Source: Eledone cirrhosa (taxonomy: Eukaryota). From it: DNA of 64,000 bases. Location: positions 13,640,001 through 13,704,000 of the forward strand of contig OZ024740.1 in NCBI GenBank assembly GCA_964016885.1, given 5' to 3'. Below, piece by piece: positions 25,243-38,394 of the stretch (position 1 is the stretch's first letter; each line of letters opens with the position of its first letter). Position numbers and translations under genes: made by a program. The notes under the pieces were generated by a model, which saw only the letters and a list, made by a program, of their open reading frames with translations, had not been told where the DNA came from and did not search any database.

Positions 25243-28200
25243 GGAGTATTGCCTCCCTGGACCAACGGGGAGTACGAAGGTTGTGTTGTGGAGTATTGTT
25301 TCCCTGGACCAACGGGGAGTACGAAGGTTGTGTTGTGGAGTATTGCCTCCCTGGACCAACGGGGAGTACGAAGGTTGTGTTGTGGAGTATTGCTTCCCTG
25401 GACCAACGGGGAGTACGAAGGTTGTGTTGTGGAGTTTGTTTCCCTGGACCGGCGGGGAGTACGAAGGTTGTGGAGTATTGCTTCCCTGGACCAACGGGGA
25501 GTACGAAGGTTGTGTTGTGGAGTATTGCTTCCCTGGACCAACGGGGAGTACGAAGGTTGTGTTGTGGAGTATTGCTTCCCTGGACCAACGGGGAGTACGA
25601 AGGTTGTGTTGTGGAGTATTGCTTCCCTGGACCAACGGGGAGTACGAAGGTTGTGTTGTGGAGTTTGTTTCCCTGGACCGGCGGGGAGTACGAAGGTTGT
25701 GGAGTATTGCTTCCCTGGACCAACGGGGAGTACGAAGGTTGTGTTGTGGAGTATTGCTTCCCTGGACCGGCGGGGAGTACGAAGGTTGTGGAGTATTGCT
25801 TCCCTGGACCGGCGGGGAGTACGAAGGTTGTGGAGTATTGTTTCCCTGGACCAACGGGGAGTACGAAGGTTGTGTTGTGGAGCATTGTTTCCCTGGACCG
25901 GCGGGGAGTACGAAGGTTGTGGAGTATTGCTTCCCTGGACCGGCGGGGAGTACGAAGGTTGTGGAGTATTGCTTCCCTGGACCGGCGGGGAGTACGAAGG
26001 TTGTGGAGTATTGTTTCCCTGGACCAACGGGGAGTACGAAGGTTGTGTTGTGGAGTATTGCTTCCCTGGACCAACGGGGAGTACGAAGGTTGTGTTGTGG
26101 AGTATTGTTTCCCTGGACCGGCGGGGAGTACGAAGGTTGTGGAGTATTGCTTCCCTGGACCGGCGGGGAGTACGAAGGTTGTGGAGTATTGCTTCCCTGG
26201 ACCAACGGGGAGTACGAAGGTTGTGTTGTGGAGTATTGCTTCCCTGGACCAACGGGGAGTACGAAGGTTGCGTTGTGGAGTATTGCTTCCCTGGACCAAC
26301 GGGGAGTACGAAGGTTGTGTTGTGGAGTATTGCTTCCCTGGACCAACGGGGAGTACGAAGGTTGTGTTGTGGAGTATTGCTTCCCTGGACCAACGGGGAG
26401 TACGAAGGTTGCGTTGTGGAGTATTGCTTCCCTGGACCAACGGAGAGTACGAAGGTTGTGTTGTGGAGTATTGCTTCCCTGGACCAACGGGGAGTACGAA
26501 GGTTGTGTTGTGGAGTATTGCTTCCCTGGACCAACGGGGAGTACGAAGGTTGTGGAGTATTGCTTCCCTGGACCGGCGGGGAGTACGAAGGTTGTGGAGT
26601 ATTGTTTCCCTGGACCGGCGGTGAGTACGAAGGTTGTGGAGTATTGCTTCCCTGGACCGGCGGGGAGTACGAAGGTTGTGGAGTATTGCTTCCCTGGACC
26701 AACGGGGAGTACGAAGGTTGTGTTGTGGAGTATTGCTTCCCTGGACCAACGGGGAGTACGAAGGTTGTGGAGTATTGCTTCCCTGAACCAACGGGGAGTA
26801 CGAAGGTTGTGGAGTATTGCTTCCCTGGACCAACGGGGAGTACGAAGGTTGTGTTGTGGAGTATTGCCTCCCTGGACCAACGGGGAGTACGAAGGTTGTG
26901 TTGTGGAGTATTGCTTCCCTGGACCAACGGGGAGTACGAAGGTTGTGGAGTATTGCTTCCCTGGACCAACGGGGAGTACGAAGGTTGTGGAGTATTGCTT
27001 CCCTGGACCAACGGGGAGTACGAAGGTTGTGTTGTGGAGTATTGCTTCCCTGGACCAACGGGGAGTACGAAGGTTGTGGAGTATTGCTTCCCTGAACCAA
27101 CGGGGAGTACGAAGGTTGTGGAGTATTGCTTCCCTGGACCAACGGGGAGTACGAAGGTTGTGTTGTGGAGTATTGCTTCCCTGGACCAACGGGGAGTACG
27201 AAGGTTGTGGAGTATTGCTTCCCTGGACCAACGGGGAGTACGAAGGTTGTGTTGTGGAGTATTGCTTCCCTGGACCAACGGGGAGTACGAAGGTTGTGGA
27301 GTATTGCTTCCCTGGACCAACGGGGAGTACGAAGGTTGTGTTGTGGAGTATTGCTTCCCTGGACCAACGGGGAGTACGAAGGTTGTGGAGTATTGCTTCC
27401 CTGGACCAACGGGGAGTACGAAGGTTGTGGAGTATTGCCTCCCTGGACCAACGGGAACTACGAAGGTTGTGTTGTGGAGTATTGCTTCCCTGGACCAACG
27501 GGGAGTACGAAGGTTGTGTTGTGGAGTATTGCTTCCCTGGACCAAAGGGGAGTACGAAGGTTGTGTTGTGGAGTATTGCTTCCCTGGACCAACGGGGAGT
27601 ACGAAGGTTGTGTTGTGGAGTATTGCTTCCCTGGACCAACGGGGAGTACGAAGGTTGTGTTGTGGAGTATTGCTTCCCTGGACCAACGGGGAGTACGAAG
27701 GTTGTGGAGTATTGCCTCCCTGGACCAACGGGGAGTACGAAGGTTGTGTTGTGGAGTATTGCCTCCCTGGACCAACGGGGAGTACGAAGGTTGTGTTGTG
27801 GAGTATTGCCTCCCTGGACCAACGGGGAGTACGAAGGTTGTGTTGTGGAGTATTGCCTCCCTGGACCAACGGGGAGTACGAAGGTTGTGTTGTGGAGTAT
27901 TGCTTCCCTGGACCAACGGGGAGTACGAAGGTTGTGTTGTGGAGCATTGCTTCCCTGGACCAACGGGGAGTACGAAGGTTGTGGAGTATTGCCTCCCTGG
28001 ACCAACGGGGAGTACGAAGGTTGTGGAGTATTGCTCCCCTGGTCCAACGGGGAGTACGAAGGTTGTGTTGTGGAGTATTGCTTCCCTGGACCGGCGGGGA
28101 GTACGAAGGTTGTGTTATGGAGTATTGCTTCCCTGGACCGGCGGGGAGTACGAAGGTTGTGTTGTGGAGTATTGCCTCCCTGGACCAACGGGGAGTACGA

Positions 28201-31200
28201 AGGTTGTGGAGTATTGCCTCCCTGGACCAACGGGGAGTACGAAGGTTGTGTTGTGGAGTATTGCTTCCCTGGACCAACGGGGAGTACGAAGGTTGTGTTG
28301 TGGAGTATTGCTTCCCTGGACCAACGGGGAGTACGAAGGTTGTGGAGTATTGCTCCCCTGGTCCAACGGGGAGTACGAAGGTTGTGGAGTATTGCTTCCC
28401 TGGACCAACGGGGAGTACGAAGGTTGTGGAGTATTGCCTCCCTGGACCAACGGGGAGTACGAAGGTTGTGTTGTGGAGTATTGCTTCCCTGGACCAATTG
28501 TGTTATGGAGTATTGCTTCCCTGGACCGGCGGGGAGTACGAAGGTTGTGTTGTGGAGTATTGCTTCCCTGGACCAACGGGGAGTACGAAGGTTGTGTTGT
28601 GGAGTATTGCCTCCCTGGACCAACGGGGAGTACGAAGGTTGTATTGTGGAGTATTGCTTCCCTGGACCAACGGGGAGTACGAAGGTTGTGTTGTGGAGTA
28701 TTGCCTCCCTGGACCAACGGGGAGTACGAAGGTTGTATTGTGGAGTATTGCTTCCCTGGACCAACGGGGAGTACGAAGGTTGTGGAGTATTGCCTCCCTG
28801 GACCGGCGGGGAGTACGAAGGTTGTGTTGTGGAGTATTGCTTCCCTGGACCAACGGGGAGTACGAAGGTTGTGGAGTATTGCTTCCCTGGACCGGCGGGG
28901 AGTACGAAGGTTGTGTTGTGGAGTATTGCTTCCCTGGACCAACGGGGAGTACGAAGGTTGTGGAGTATTGCCTCCCTGGACCAACGGGGAGTACGAAGGT
29001 TGTGTTGTGGAGTATTGCTTCCCTGGACCAACGGGGAGTACGAAGGTTGTGGAGTATTGCCTCCCTGGACCAACGGGGAGTACGAAGGTTGTGTTGTGGA
29101 GTATTGCTTCCCTGGACCAACGGGGAGTACGAAGGTTGTGTTGTGGAGTATTGTCTCCCTGGACCAACGGGGAGTACGAAGGTTGTGTTGTGGAGTATTG
29201 CCTCCCTGGACCAACGGGGAGTACGAAGGTTGTGGAGTATTGCCTCCCTGGAACAACGGGGAGTACGAAGGTTGTGTTGTGGAGTATTGCTTCCCCGGAC
29301 CAACGGGGAGTACGAAGGTTGTGTTGTGGAGTATTGCTTCCCTGAACCAACGGGGAGTACGAAGGTTGTGTTGTGGAGTATTGCCTCCCTGGACCAACGG
29401 GGAGTACGAAGCGTGTGGAGTATTGCCTCCCTGGACCAACGGGGAGTACGAAGGTTGTGTTGTGGAGTATTGCTTCCCTGGACCAACGGGGAGTACGAAG
29501 GTTGTGGAGTATTGCCTCCCTGGACCAACGGGGAGTACGAAGGTTGTGGAGTATTGCTCCCCTGGTCCAACGGGGAGTACGAAGGTTGTGTTGTGGAGTA
29601 TTGCTTCCCTGGACCAACGGGGAGTACGAAGGTTGTGGAGTATTGCTTCCCTGGACCGGCGGGGAGTACGAAGGTTGTGGAGTATTGCTTCCCTGGACCG
29701 GCGGGGAGTACGAAGGTTGTGGAGTATTGCTTCCCTGGACCGGCGGGGAGTACGAAGGTTGTGGAGTATTGCTTCCCTGGACCAACGGGGAGTACGAAGG
29801 TTGTGTTGTGGAGTATTGCTTCCCTGGACCAACGGGGAGTACGAAGGTTGTGGAGTATTGCTTCGCTGGACCGGCGGGGAGTACGAAGGTTGTGGAGTAT
29901 TGCTTCCCTGGACCGGCGGGGAGTACGAAGGTTGTGGAGTATTGCTTCCCTGGATCGGCGGGGAGTACGAAGGTTGTGGAGTATTGCTTCCCTGGACCAA
30001 CGGGGAGTACGAAGGTTGTGTTGTGGAGTATTGCTTCCCTGGACCAACGGGGAGTACGAAGGTTGTGTTGTGGAGTATTGCTTCCCTGGACCAACGGGGA
30101 GTACGAAGGTTGTGAAGTATTGCTTCCCTGGACCAACGGGGAGTACGAAGGTTGTGGAGTATTGCTTCCCTGGACCGGCGGGGAGTACGAAGGTTGTGGA
30201 GTATTGCTTCCCTGGACCGGCGGGGAGTACGAAGGTTGTGGAGTATTGCTTCCCTGGACCAACGGGGAGTACAAAGGTTGTGTTGTGGAGTATTGCTTCC
30301 CTGGACCAACGGGGAGTACGAAGGTTGTGTTGTGGAGTATTGCTTCCCTGGAACAACGGGGAGTACGAAGGTTGTGGAGTATTGCTTCCCTGGACCGGCG
30401 GGGAGTACGAAGGTTGTGGAGTATTGCTTCCCTGGACCGGCGGGGAGTACGACGGTTGTGGAGTATTGCTTCCCTGGACCGGCGGGGAGTACGAAGGTTG
30501 TGGAGTATTGCTTCCTTGGACCAACGGGGAGTACGAAGGTTGTGTTGTGGAGTATTGCCTCCCTGGACCAACGGGGAGTACGAAGGTTGTGTTGTGGAGT
30601 ATTGCTTCCCTGGACCAACGGGAAGTACGAAGGTTGTGGAGTATTGCTTCCCTGGACCAACGGGGAGTACGAAGGTTGTGGAGTATTGCCTCCCTGGACC
30701 AACGGGGAGTACGAAGTTTGTGTTGTGGAGTATTGCCTCCCTGGACCAACGGGGAGTACGAAGGTTGTGTTGTGGAGTATTGCTTCCCCGGACCAACGGG
30801 GAGTACGAAGGTTGTGGAGTATTGCTTCCCTGAACCAACGGGGAGTACGAAGGTTGTGGAGTATTGCTTCCCTGGACCAACGGGGAGTACGAAGGTTGTG
30901 TTATGGAGTATTGCCTCCCTGGACCAACGGGGAGTACGAAGGTTGTATTGTGGAGTATTGCTTCCCTGGACCAACGGGGAGTACGAAGGTTGTGGAGTAT
31001 TGCTTCCCTGGACCAACGGGGAGTACGAAGGTTGTGTTGTGGAGTATTGCTTCCCTGGACCAGCGGGGAGTACGAAGGTTGTGGAGTATTCCTTCCCTGA
31101 ACCAACGGGGAGTACGAAGGTTGTGGAGTATTGCTTCCCTGGACCAACGGGGAGTACGAAGGTTGTGTTGTGGAGTATTGCCTCCCTGGACCAACGGGGA

Positions 31201-34200
31201 GTACGAAGGTTGTATTGTGGAGTATTGCTTCCCTGGACCAACGGGGAGTACGAAGGTTGTGGAGTATTGCTTCCCTGGACCAACGGGGAGTACGAAGGTT
31301 GTGTTGTGGAGTATTGCTTCCCTGGACCAGCGGGGAGTACGAAGGTTGTGGAGTATTGCTTCCCTGAACCAACGGGGAGTACGAAGGTTGTGGAGTATTG
31401 CTTCACTGGACCAACGGGGAGTACGAAGGTTGTGTTGTGGAGTATTGCCTCCCTGGACCAACGGGGAGTACGAAGGTTGTGTTGTGGAGTATTGCTTCCC
31501 TGGACCAACGGGGAGTACGAAGGTTGTGGAGTATTGCTTCCCTGGACCAACGGGGAGTACGAAGGTTGTGTTGTGGAGTATTGCTTCCCTGGACCAACGG
31601 GGAGTACGAAGGTTGTGGAGTATTGCTTCCCTGGACCAACGGGGAGTACGAAGGTTGTGTTGTGGAGTATTGCTTCCCTGGACCAACGGGGAGTACGAAG
31701 GTTGTGGAGTATTGCTTCCCTGGACCAACGGGGAGTACGAATGTTGTGTTGTGGAGTATTGCTTCCCTGGACCAACGGGGAGTACGAAGGTTGTGGAGTA
31801 TTGCTTCCCTGGACCAACGGGGAGTACGAAGGTTGTGTTGTGGAGTATTGCTTCCCTGGACCAACGGGGAGTACGAAGGTTGTGGAGTATTGCTTCCCTG
31901 GACCGGCGGGGAGTACGAAGGTTGTGGAGTATTGCTTCCCTGGACCGGCGGGGAGTACGAAGGTTGTGGAGTATTGCTTCCCTGGACCGGCGGGGAGTAC
32001 GAATGTTGTGGAGTATTGCTTCCCTGGACCAACGGGGAGTACGAAGGTTGTGTTGTGGAGTATTGCTTCCCTGGACCAACGGGGAGTACGAAGGTTGTGT
32101 TGTGGAGTATTGCTTCCCTGGACCAACGGGGAGTACGAAGGTTGTGAAGTATTGCTTCCCTGGACCAACGGGGAGTACGAAGGTTGTGGAGTATTGCTTC
32201 CCTGGACCGGCGGGGAGTACGAAGGTTGTGGAGTATTGCTTCCCTGGACCAACGGGGAGTACGAAGGTTGTGTTGTGGAGTATTGCTTCCCTGGACCAAC
32301 GTGGAGTACGAAGGTTGTGGAGTATTGCTTCCCTGGACCAACGGGGAGTACGAAGGTTGTGTTGTGGAGTATTGCTTCCCTGGACCAACGGGGAGTACGA
32401 AGGTTGTGTTGTGGAGTATTGCTTCCCTGGACCAACGGGGAGTACGAAGGTTGTGTTGTGGAGTATTGCTTCCCTGGACCAACGGGGAGTACGAAGGTTG
32501 TGAAGTATTGCTTCCCTGGACCAACGGGGAGTACGAAGGTTGTGGAGTATTGCTTCCCTGGACCGGCGGGGAGTACGAAGGTTGTGGAGTATTGCTTCCC
32601 TGGACCAACGGGGAGTACGAAGGTTGTGTTGTGGAGTATTGCTTCCCTGGACCAACGTGGAGTACGAAGGTTGTGGAGTATTGCTTCCCTGGACCAACGG
32701 GGAGTACGAAGGTTGTGTTGTGGAGTATTGCTTCCCTGGACCGGCGGGGTGTACGAAGGTTGTGGAGTATTGCTTCCCTGGACCAACGGGGAGTACGAAG
32801 GTTGTGTTGTGGAGTATTGCTTCCCTGGACCAACGTGGAGTACGAAGGTTGTGGAGTATTGCTTCCCTGGACCAACGGGGAGTACGAAGGTTGTGGAGTA
32901 TTGCTTCCCTGGACCAACGGGGAGTACGAAGGTTGTGTTGTGGAGTATTGCTTCCCTGGACCAACGTGGAGTACGAAGGTTGTGGAGTATTGCTTCCCTG
33001 GACCGGCGGGGAGTACGAAGGTTGTGTTGTGGAGTATTGCTTCCCTGGACCAACGGGGAGTACGAAGGTTGTGGAGTATTGCTTCCCTGGACCGGCGGGG
33101 AGTACGAAGGTTGTGTTGTGGAGTATTGCTTCCCTGGACCAACGGGGAGTACGAAGGTTGTGGAGTATTGCTTCCCTGGACCAACGGGGAGTACGAAGGT
33201 TGTGTTGTGGAGTATTGCTTCCCTGGACCAACGGGGAGTACGAAGGTTGTGGAGTATTGCTTCCCTGGACCAACGGGGAGTACGAAGGTTGTGGAGTATT
33301 GCTTCCCTGGACCAACGGGGAGTACGAAGGTTGTGTTGTGGAGTATTGCTTCCCTGGACCAACGGGGAGTACGAAGGTTGTGGAGTATTGCTTCCCTGGA
33401 CCAACGGGGAGTACGAAGGTTGTGTTGTGGAGTATTGCTTCCCTGGACCAACGGGGAGTACGAAGGTTGTGGAGTATTGCCTCCCTGGACCAACGGGAAC
33501 TACGAAGGTTGTGTTGTGGAGTATTGCTTCCCTGGACCAACGGGGAGTACGAAGGTTGTGTTGTGGAGTATTGCCTCCCTGGACCAACGGGGAGTACGAA
33601 GGGTGTGGAGTATTTCTTCCTGGACCAACGGGGAGTACGAAGGTTGTGGAGTATTGCTTCCCTGGACCAACGGGGAGTACGAAGGTTGTGTTGTGGAGTA
33701 TTGCTTCCCTGGACCAACGGGGAGTACGAAGGTTGTGGAGTATTGCTTCCCTGGACCAACGGGGAGTACGAAGGTTGTGGAGTATTGCTTCCCTGGACCA
33801 ACGGGGAGTACGAAGGTTGTGGAGTATTGCTTCCCTGGACCAACGGGGAGTACGAAGGTTGTGTTGTGGAGTATTGCTTCCCTGGACCAACGGGGAGTAC
33901 GAAGGTTGTGGAGTATTGCCTCCCTGGACCAACGGGAACTACGAAGGTTGTGTTGTGGAGTATTGCTTCCCTGGACCAACGGGGAGTACGAAGGTTGTGT
34001 TTTGGAGTATTGCTTCCCTGGACCAACGGGGAGTACGAAGGTTGTGTTGTGGAGTATTGCTTCCCTGGACCAACGGGGAGTACGAAGGTTGTGTTTTGGA
34101 GTATTGCTTCCCTGGACCAACGGGGAGTACGAAGGTTGTGTTGTGGAGTATTGCCTCCCTGGACCAACGGGGAGTACGAAGGTTGTGTTGTGGAGTATTG

Positions 34201-34871
34201 CTTCCCTGGACCAACGGGGAGTACGAAGGGTGTGGAGTATTGCCTCCCTGGACCAACGGGGAGTACGAAGGGTGTGTTGTGGAGTATTGCCTCCCTGGAC
34301 CAACGGGGAGTACGAAGGTTGTGTTGTGGAGTATTGCCTCCCTGGACCAACGGGGAGTACGAAGGTTGTGTTGTGGAGTATTGCTTTCCTGGACCAACGG
34401 GGAGTACGAAGGTTGTGGAGTATTGCCTCCCTGGACCAACAGGGAGTACGAAGGTTGTGGAGTATTGCCTCCCTGGACCAACGGGGAGTACGAAGGGTGT
34501 GTTGTGGAGTATTGCCTCCCTGGACCAACGGGGAGTACGAAGGTTGTGTTGTGGAGTATTGCTTCCCTGGACCAACGGGGAGTACGAAGGTTGTGTTGTG
34601 GAGTATTGTTTCCCTGGACCAACGGGGAGTACGAATGGTGTGGCGTATTGCTTCCCTGGACCAACGGGGAGTACGAAGGTTGTGGAGTATTGCCTCCCTG
34701 GACCAACGGGGAGTACGAAGGTTGTGTTGTGGAGTATTGCTTCCCTGGACCAACGAGGAGTACGAAGGTTGTGGAGTATTGCCTCCCTGGACCAACGGGG
34801 AGTACGAAGGTTGTGTTGTGGAGTATTGCTTCCCTGGACCAAAGGGGAGTACGAAGGGTGTGTTGTCGGAG
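25243..34871. repeat. tandem array of 42-bp and 47-bp units (GGAGTATTGCTTCCCTGGACCAACGGGGAGTACGAAGGTTGT plus optional GTTGT)
   Basis: About 215 near-identical units without unique spacers; local higher-order periods of 267, 309 and 356 bp. Confidence 0.99.
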
Positions 34872-34944
34872 CTAAAGTACAATACCTACTACAGAACGGG
34901 GTGAAAGTCATTGGTTGTGTTGAATTAGAAAAACACTAGAAATA

Positions 34945-35298
34945 TTTAAATGAGAAAGACAAACTCGCTATCTTCGGTATTCGTGTCAACTCTTACCTAT
35001 GGTCATCAATCTTGTGTATCAGCTCACACCTATGCAGGCTTAGCTGGTCTCCTCCAAGGAGACCCAGGGGTAGACCCCGAGCAAGATGGTTGGATAACAT
35101 CCAAGAGCTTGGCTGGTCTCGGTTGGGGATCCAGCCGGATCAGTTGGAGTCGGTTGCTTTTGACAGAACCTGCTGGGAGGAGTTTTTGAGAAATCTGCCC
35201 CAGGACCCCATCAGAAAGAAGAAGAAGAAGAAGAAGAAGAAGAAGAAGAAGAAGAAGAAGAAGAAGAAGAAGAAGAAGAAGAAGAAGAAGAAGAAGAA
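34945..35298 (+). mobile_element. RTE-type LINE 3' remnant with (GAA)n tail
   Basis: Peptides SVFVSTLTYGHQS and RPRGRPRARWLDNI...VAFDRTCW typical of RTE C-termini; internally deleted. Confidence 0.8.
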
Positions 35299-35379
35299 GG
35301 GAAACAGTAAGTCGTAGCGTTACTCAGAAAAGAATTGAATAAAGGGGAGGTAATGGATAATTTCAGCTCATAAAATACA

Positions 35380-35730
35380 GCTATAAGTTTTGGCCAAGTT
35401 CTTAGCAAAGAGGTTGACGCCTGTCATCCAGTGTTTGGTTGGGGAAGTGCAAACATCAGAAAGACGGGTGGTAAGGAAACTAGCATGGGTGGGGCACTGG
35501 TCAATTTGGATCAATCAAAAACTTTCGAGAGGGTTGACTGTTGCTAGTTGGAGTTCCTAAACTACCCCTGGGTGGTGTTCTTTCTATTGGGGACTTATTT
35601 TATTGTCATTAATTTATTGTTTATTGCTGTTTTATTTGTTAACATACTTTCATGTCTTTATAAATCTCCACTGTCTTTTGTATTGTCTTACATGTTTCAG
35701 CCCTTGTGGCCAATAAAGAAAGAATTATTA
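35380..35730 (+). mobile_element. L1/Tx1 fragment (RT piece joined to 3' UTR)
   Basis: Encodes VVKE..MGGALVNLDQSKTFERVD, matching the Tx1 RT near 60720-60800; ends cagcccttgtggccaataaagaaagaattatta. Confidence 0.75.
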
Positions 35731-35734
35731 ACAA

Positions 35735-35925
35735 TGTATTGGCACTAATCGATTGAGCGTCAGATACCATGCTTTGTGGCATGTAGTTATGGCCCTTTAC
35801 GTTCTGAGTTCAAATCCTGCCGAGGCTAACTTTGCCTTTCACATCCTTACGGGGTCGATAAAATAAGGTACCAGTAATGTACTGGATAATTGCTGGCCTT
35901 GTGTCAAAAGTAGAAACAATTATTT
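35735..35925 (+). mobile_element. tRNA-derived SINE
   Basis: B box GAGTTCAAATCC, body ctttgcctttca...ggggtcgataaaataa, tail ggccttgtg...gtagaaacaatt; copies at 56298-56366 and 58650-58836. Confidence 0.85.
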
Positions 35926-35975
35926 AGGTTTTGTTACTCTGTACTTTTCTTCTATGAGTATAGTGACGACGACGA

Positions 35976-36012
<37 letters not shown>

Positions 36013-36404
36013 AACGATGTTCTCGTTGTGTTGTATCAATCTGTTGTCAATATCAAATCGTCCGATTTCATATTGTTCTTGTTATAGTTAATGTTGTTTC
36101 TGGTTGATATTAAAGGAGCCTGTTAGTTCTGTTGTTGCCATTTTTGTTACTCATGTTGTTGTTGTTGTTGTGCAGAATCCTCAACCCCTCTTCTCAGGTC
36201 TGGCCTAATGGTAGTGACTGTTAAACTTATCTCTTCTGTGTTATGTGAAGTGTGGAACAACAGATGAACCCCAGAAGTCAACTCCAACATCCGAATTCTT
36301 TTCTCAATTGAAGACGCCTTTTTTCTATTAGCAACAGAATTGTATGTATGTATGTATGTATGTATGTATGTATGTATGTATGTATGTATGTATGTATGTA
36401 TGTT

Positions 36405-37018
36405 ATGTCAGGTCACCAGTTGGTGCTACTGGTAACATGTATCCCAGTACAACCTGTCTCATGGTCGGGTCGTTGGCGACTAAACTGGCAACCCCACCAA
36501 GGTTTCTTGGTGAGGAGGGTGACTTTGGACATCCTGCAGGACTAAAAACAAAACTTGTCAAAGAGCAAAGGAGCTCTTAAGAGTCAATGGCCATCCGAAA
36601 TCACCGGGAGAGATGACCCCTTAGCCTTTGTCAAGGCAGAATTCTAGGAGAAGGAAAACTCTGATATAACACCTGCAACCCCGATGGTATCCAATGATGT
36701 TGACTTGTTCTCCTTTTTGGTAAATATCATCTTGGTTAAGAGAGTGGGACTGGCTTTGTGCAGAGCCTTTGCTCACTATAAAAGCTTCACGGTACAGGCA
36801 TTGCTTTATATCTGGAGATCTCTCTGCACTCGTCATCACATGGTACCATGGGCCCAGCACTATGTGTCAATAATTGTCACAAGTGTAGTGTTTGTACCAG
36901 AGTTTTCAAGTCGCTGGTTGGACTAAAAAGTCACACTCGTTCAGCGCATCGGTAGGGGTTCTCCTACATGGATATAAAGTAGTGGCCGTACTCGAAAACG
37001 AGTTGGCAGCCACCACCA
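36405..37018 (+). mobile_element. non-autonomous element with RTE-like 5' UTR between (TATG)n runs
   Basis: Contains ctaggagaaggaaaactctga, which resembles RTE 5' UTRs; homologous copy at 39245-39800; no RT ORF. Confidence 0.6.
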
Positions 37019-37921
37019 TATATGTATGTATGTATGTATGTATCTATGTATGTATGTATGTATGTATGTATGTATGTATGTATGTATGTTCTTCTGGTTT
37101 CATAATTTCACAAATGTTTACTAATAGAGAGAGTCGGTTTCTAACATAGACACAAGACTCTCTCATTGGAATTTACACAACTACTAGGTAGATATGTATG
37201 CATGTCAGCATGCATTCATGTGTGTGCAAGTATGGATGTTATTATATGTGTGGATGTGGATGTTTTGAGTTGTATGTATGCATGTGTATACGTTTTGTAT
37301 CTGTACAAGTGTATATTCAGTTATTAGATGTAAAATGTTTGGAATGTTTTACATATTTTTACTGTTCCATTAATGGATTGTACTTGTAATTTCCTAACTA
37401 ATTGTGTTTATTCGGTTTCTGTGAAGCTCAGCTTCTCAAGATTTGTATTGAGGCAATTACTAACATACCCCAGTGCCCCAATAATCACAGGCATAAATCT
37501 GAAGGTGTAATCAGGGTGGAGTATCTGCAGATTCATCATCAGTTCTGCATAAATATTTTTCGCTAATTTTTGATATCATGTTGGCATCTGCTGGGCAGCT
37601 AACTTCCACTACTGTGCATGCCTTCTTTTTCCTGTCCCATATCATTATATCTGGTCTGTTATGCCTGCATTTTATTGGGGGTTTTTAATGGAACAATCCA
37701 CTAGTATATAAGTATGTATACGTACATACATATATGTATACAGACGTACAGTTGTATGTATATATATATATATATACATACATGCACACATATATATATG
37801 TACGTATGGATTCACCGAACATTTATTATAATGCTCGGTGTGTTTGTAAACAAACATCCCGAATTAAGTCGTACAGTGTCTAGCAACCATCGTTGCTCAT
37901 TTGTTCAACACTGACAAAGGA

Positions 37922-37964
37922 ACGCTGTACTAGTTTCAAGCTTATTAGCTATCGTCAGCAACGT
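37922..37964 (-). ncRNA. minimal type I hammerhead ribozyme
   Basis: ACGUUG-CUGACGA-u-AGCU-aaua-AGCU-u-GAAA-C-ua-G-U-A-CAGCGU; 6-bp stem I, palindromic ACUAGU stem III, GUA site. Confidence 0.85.
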
Positions 37965-38354
37965 ATACCTTCCTACCAGATGGTTGAACGTCTGAAAGTA
38001 TTTACTTTCCTTATGCATATTAACGGATGAGCAGCCTAATTTGCATATCGAGTGAGTTAATCGGCCGGGGTACCGAAAACGATAAACGGAAAAAAATGAA
38101 ACGAAATTTCATTTCTCACTCTTAGTACGGCTGTTATTTATATATATGTATGTACACGTACATACATATATGTATATAGACGTACAGTAGTATGTATATA
38201 TATATATATACATACATGCACACATATATATATATGTACGTATGGATTCACCGAAAACTTATAATGCTCGGTGTGTTTGTAAACAAACATCCCGGATTAA
38301 GCCGTACAGTGTCTAGCAACCATCGTTGCTCATTTGTTCAACACTGACAAAGGA

Positions 38355-38394
38355 ACGCTGTACTAGTTTCAAGCTTATTAGCTATCGTCAGCAG
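38355..38394 (-). ncRNA. second copy of the minimal hammerhead, 5' stem I strand truncated
   Basis: Identical core 433 nt away; insert boundary lies 2-3 nt upstream of CUGACGA. Confidence 0.75.

Larger units (their letters stand above)
37700..38394 (-). mobile_element. retrozyme-like partial tandem, 433-nt monomer bounded by two hammerheads
   Basis: About 37715-37960 is repeated at about 38145-38393; no coding capacity; splits the R4-type element. Confidence 0.8.

Noticed and set aside
25267-25280. GGGGAGTACG resembles a conserved SSU rRNA segment
   Set aside because: The match is only about 10 nt and the flanks do not resemble rRNA
25243-34871. CRISPR array or giant protein-coding gene
   Set aside because: No unique spacers and no cas genes; ORFs occur in all six frames simply because the unit lacks stop triplets
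35735-35925. Functional tRNA gene
   Set aside because: A and B boxes are present but there is no cloverleaf, and a shared non-tRNA body and tail identify it as a SINE
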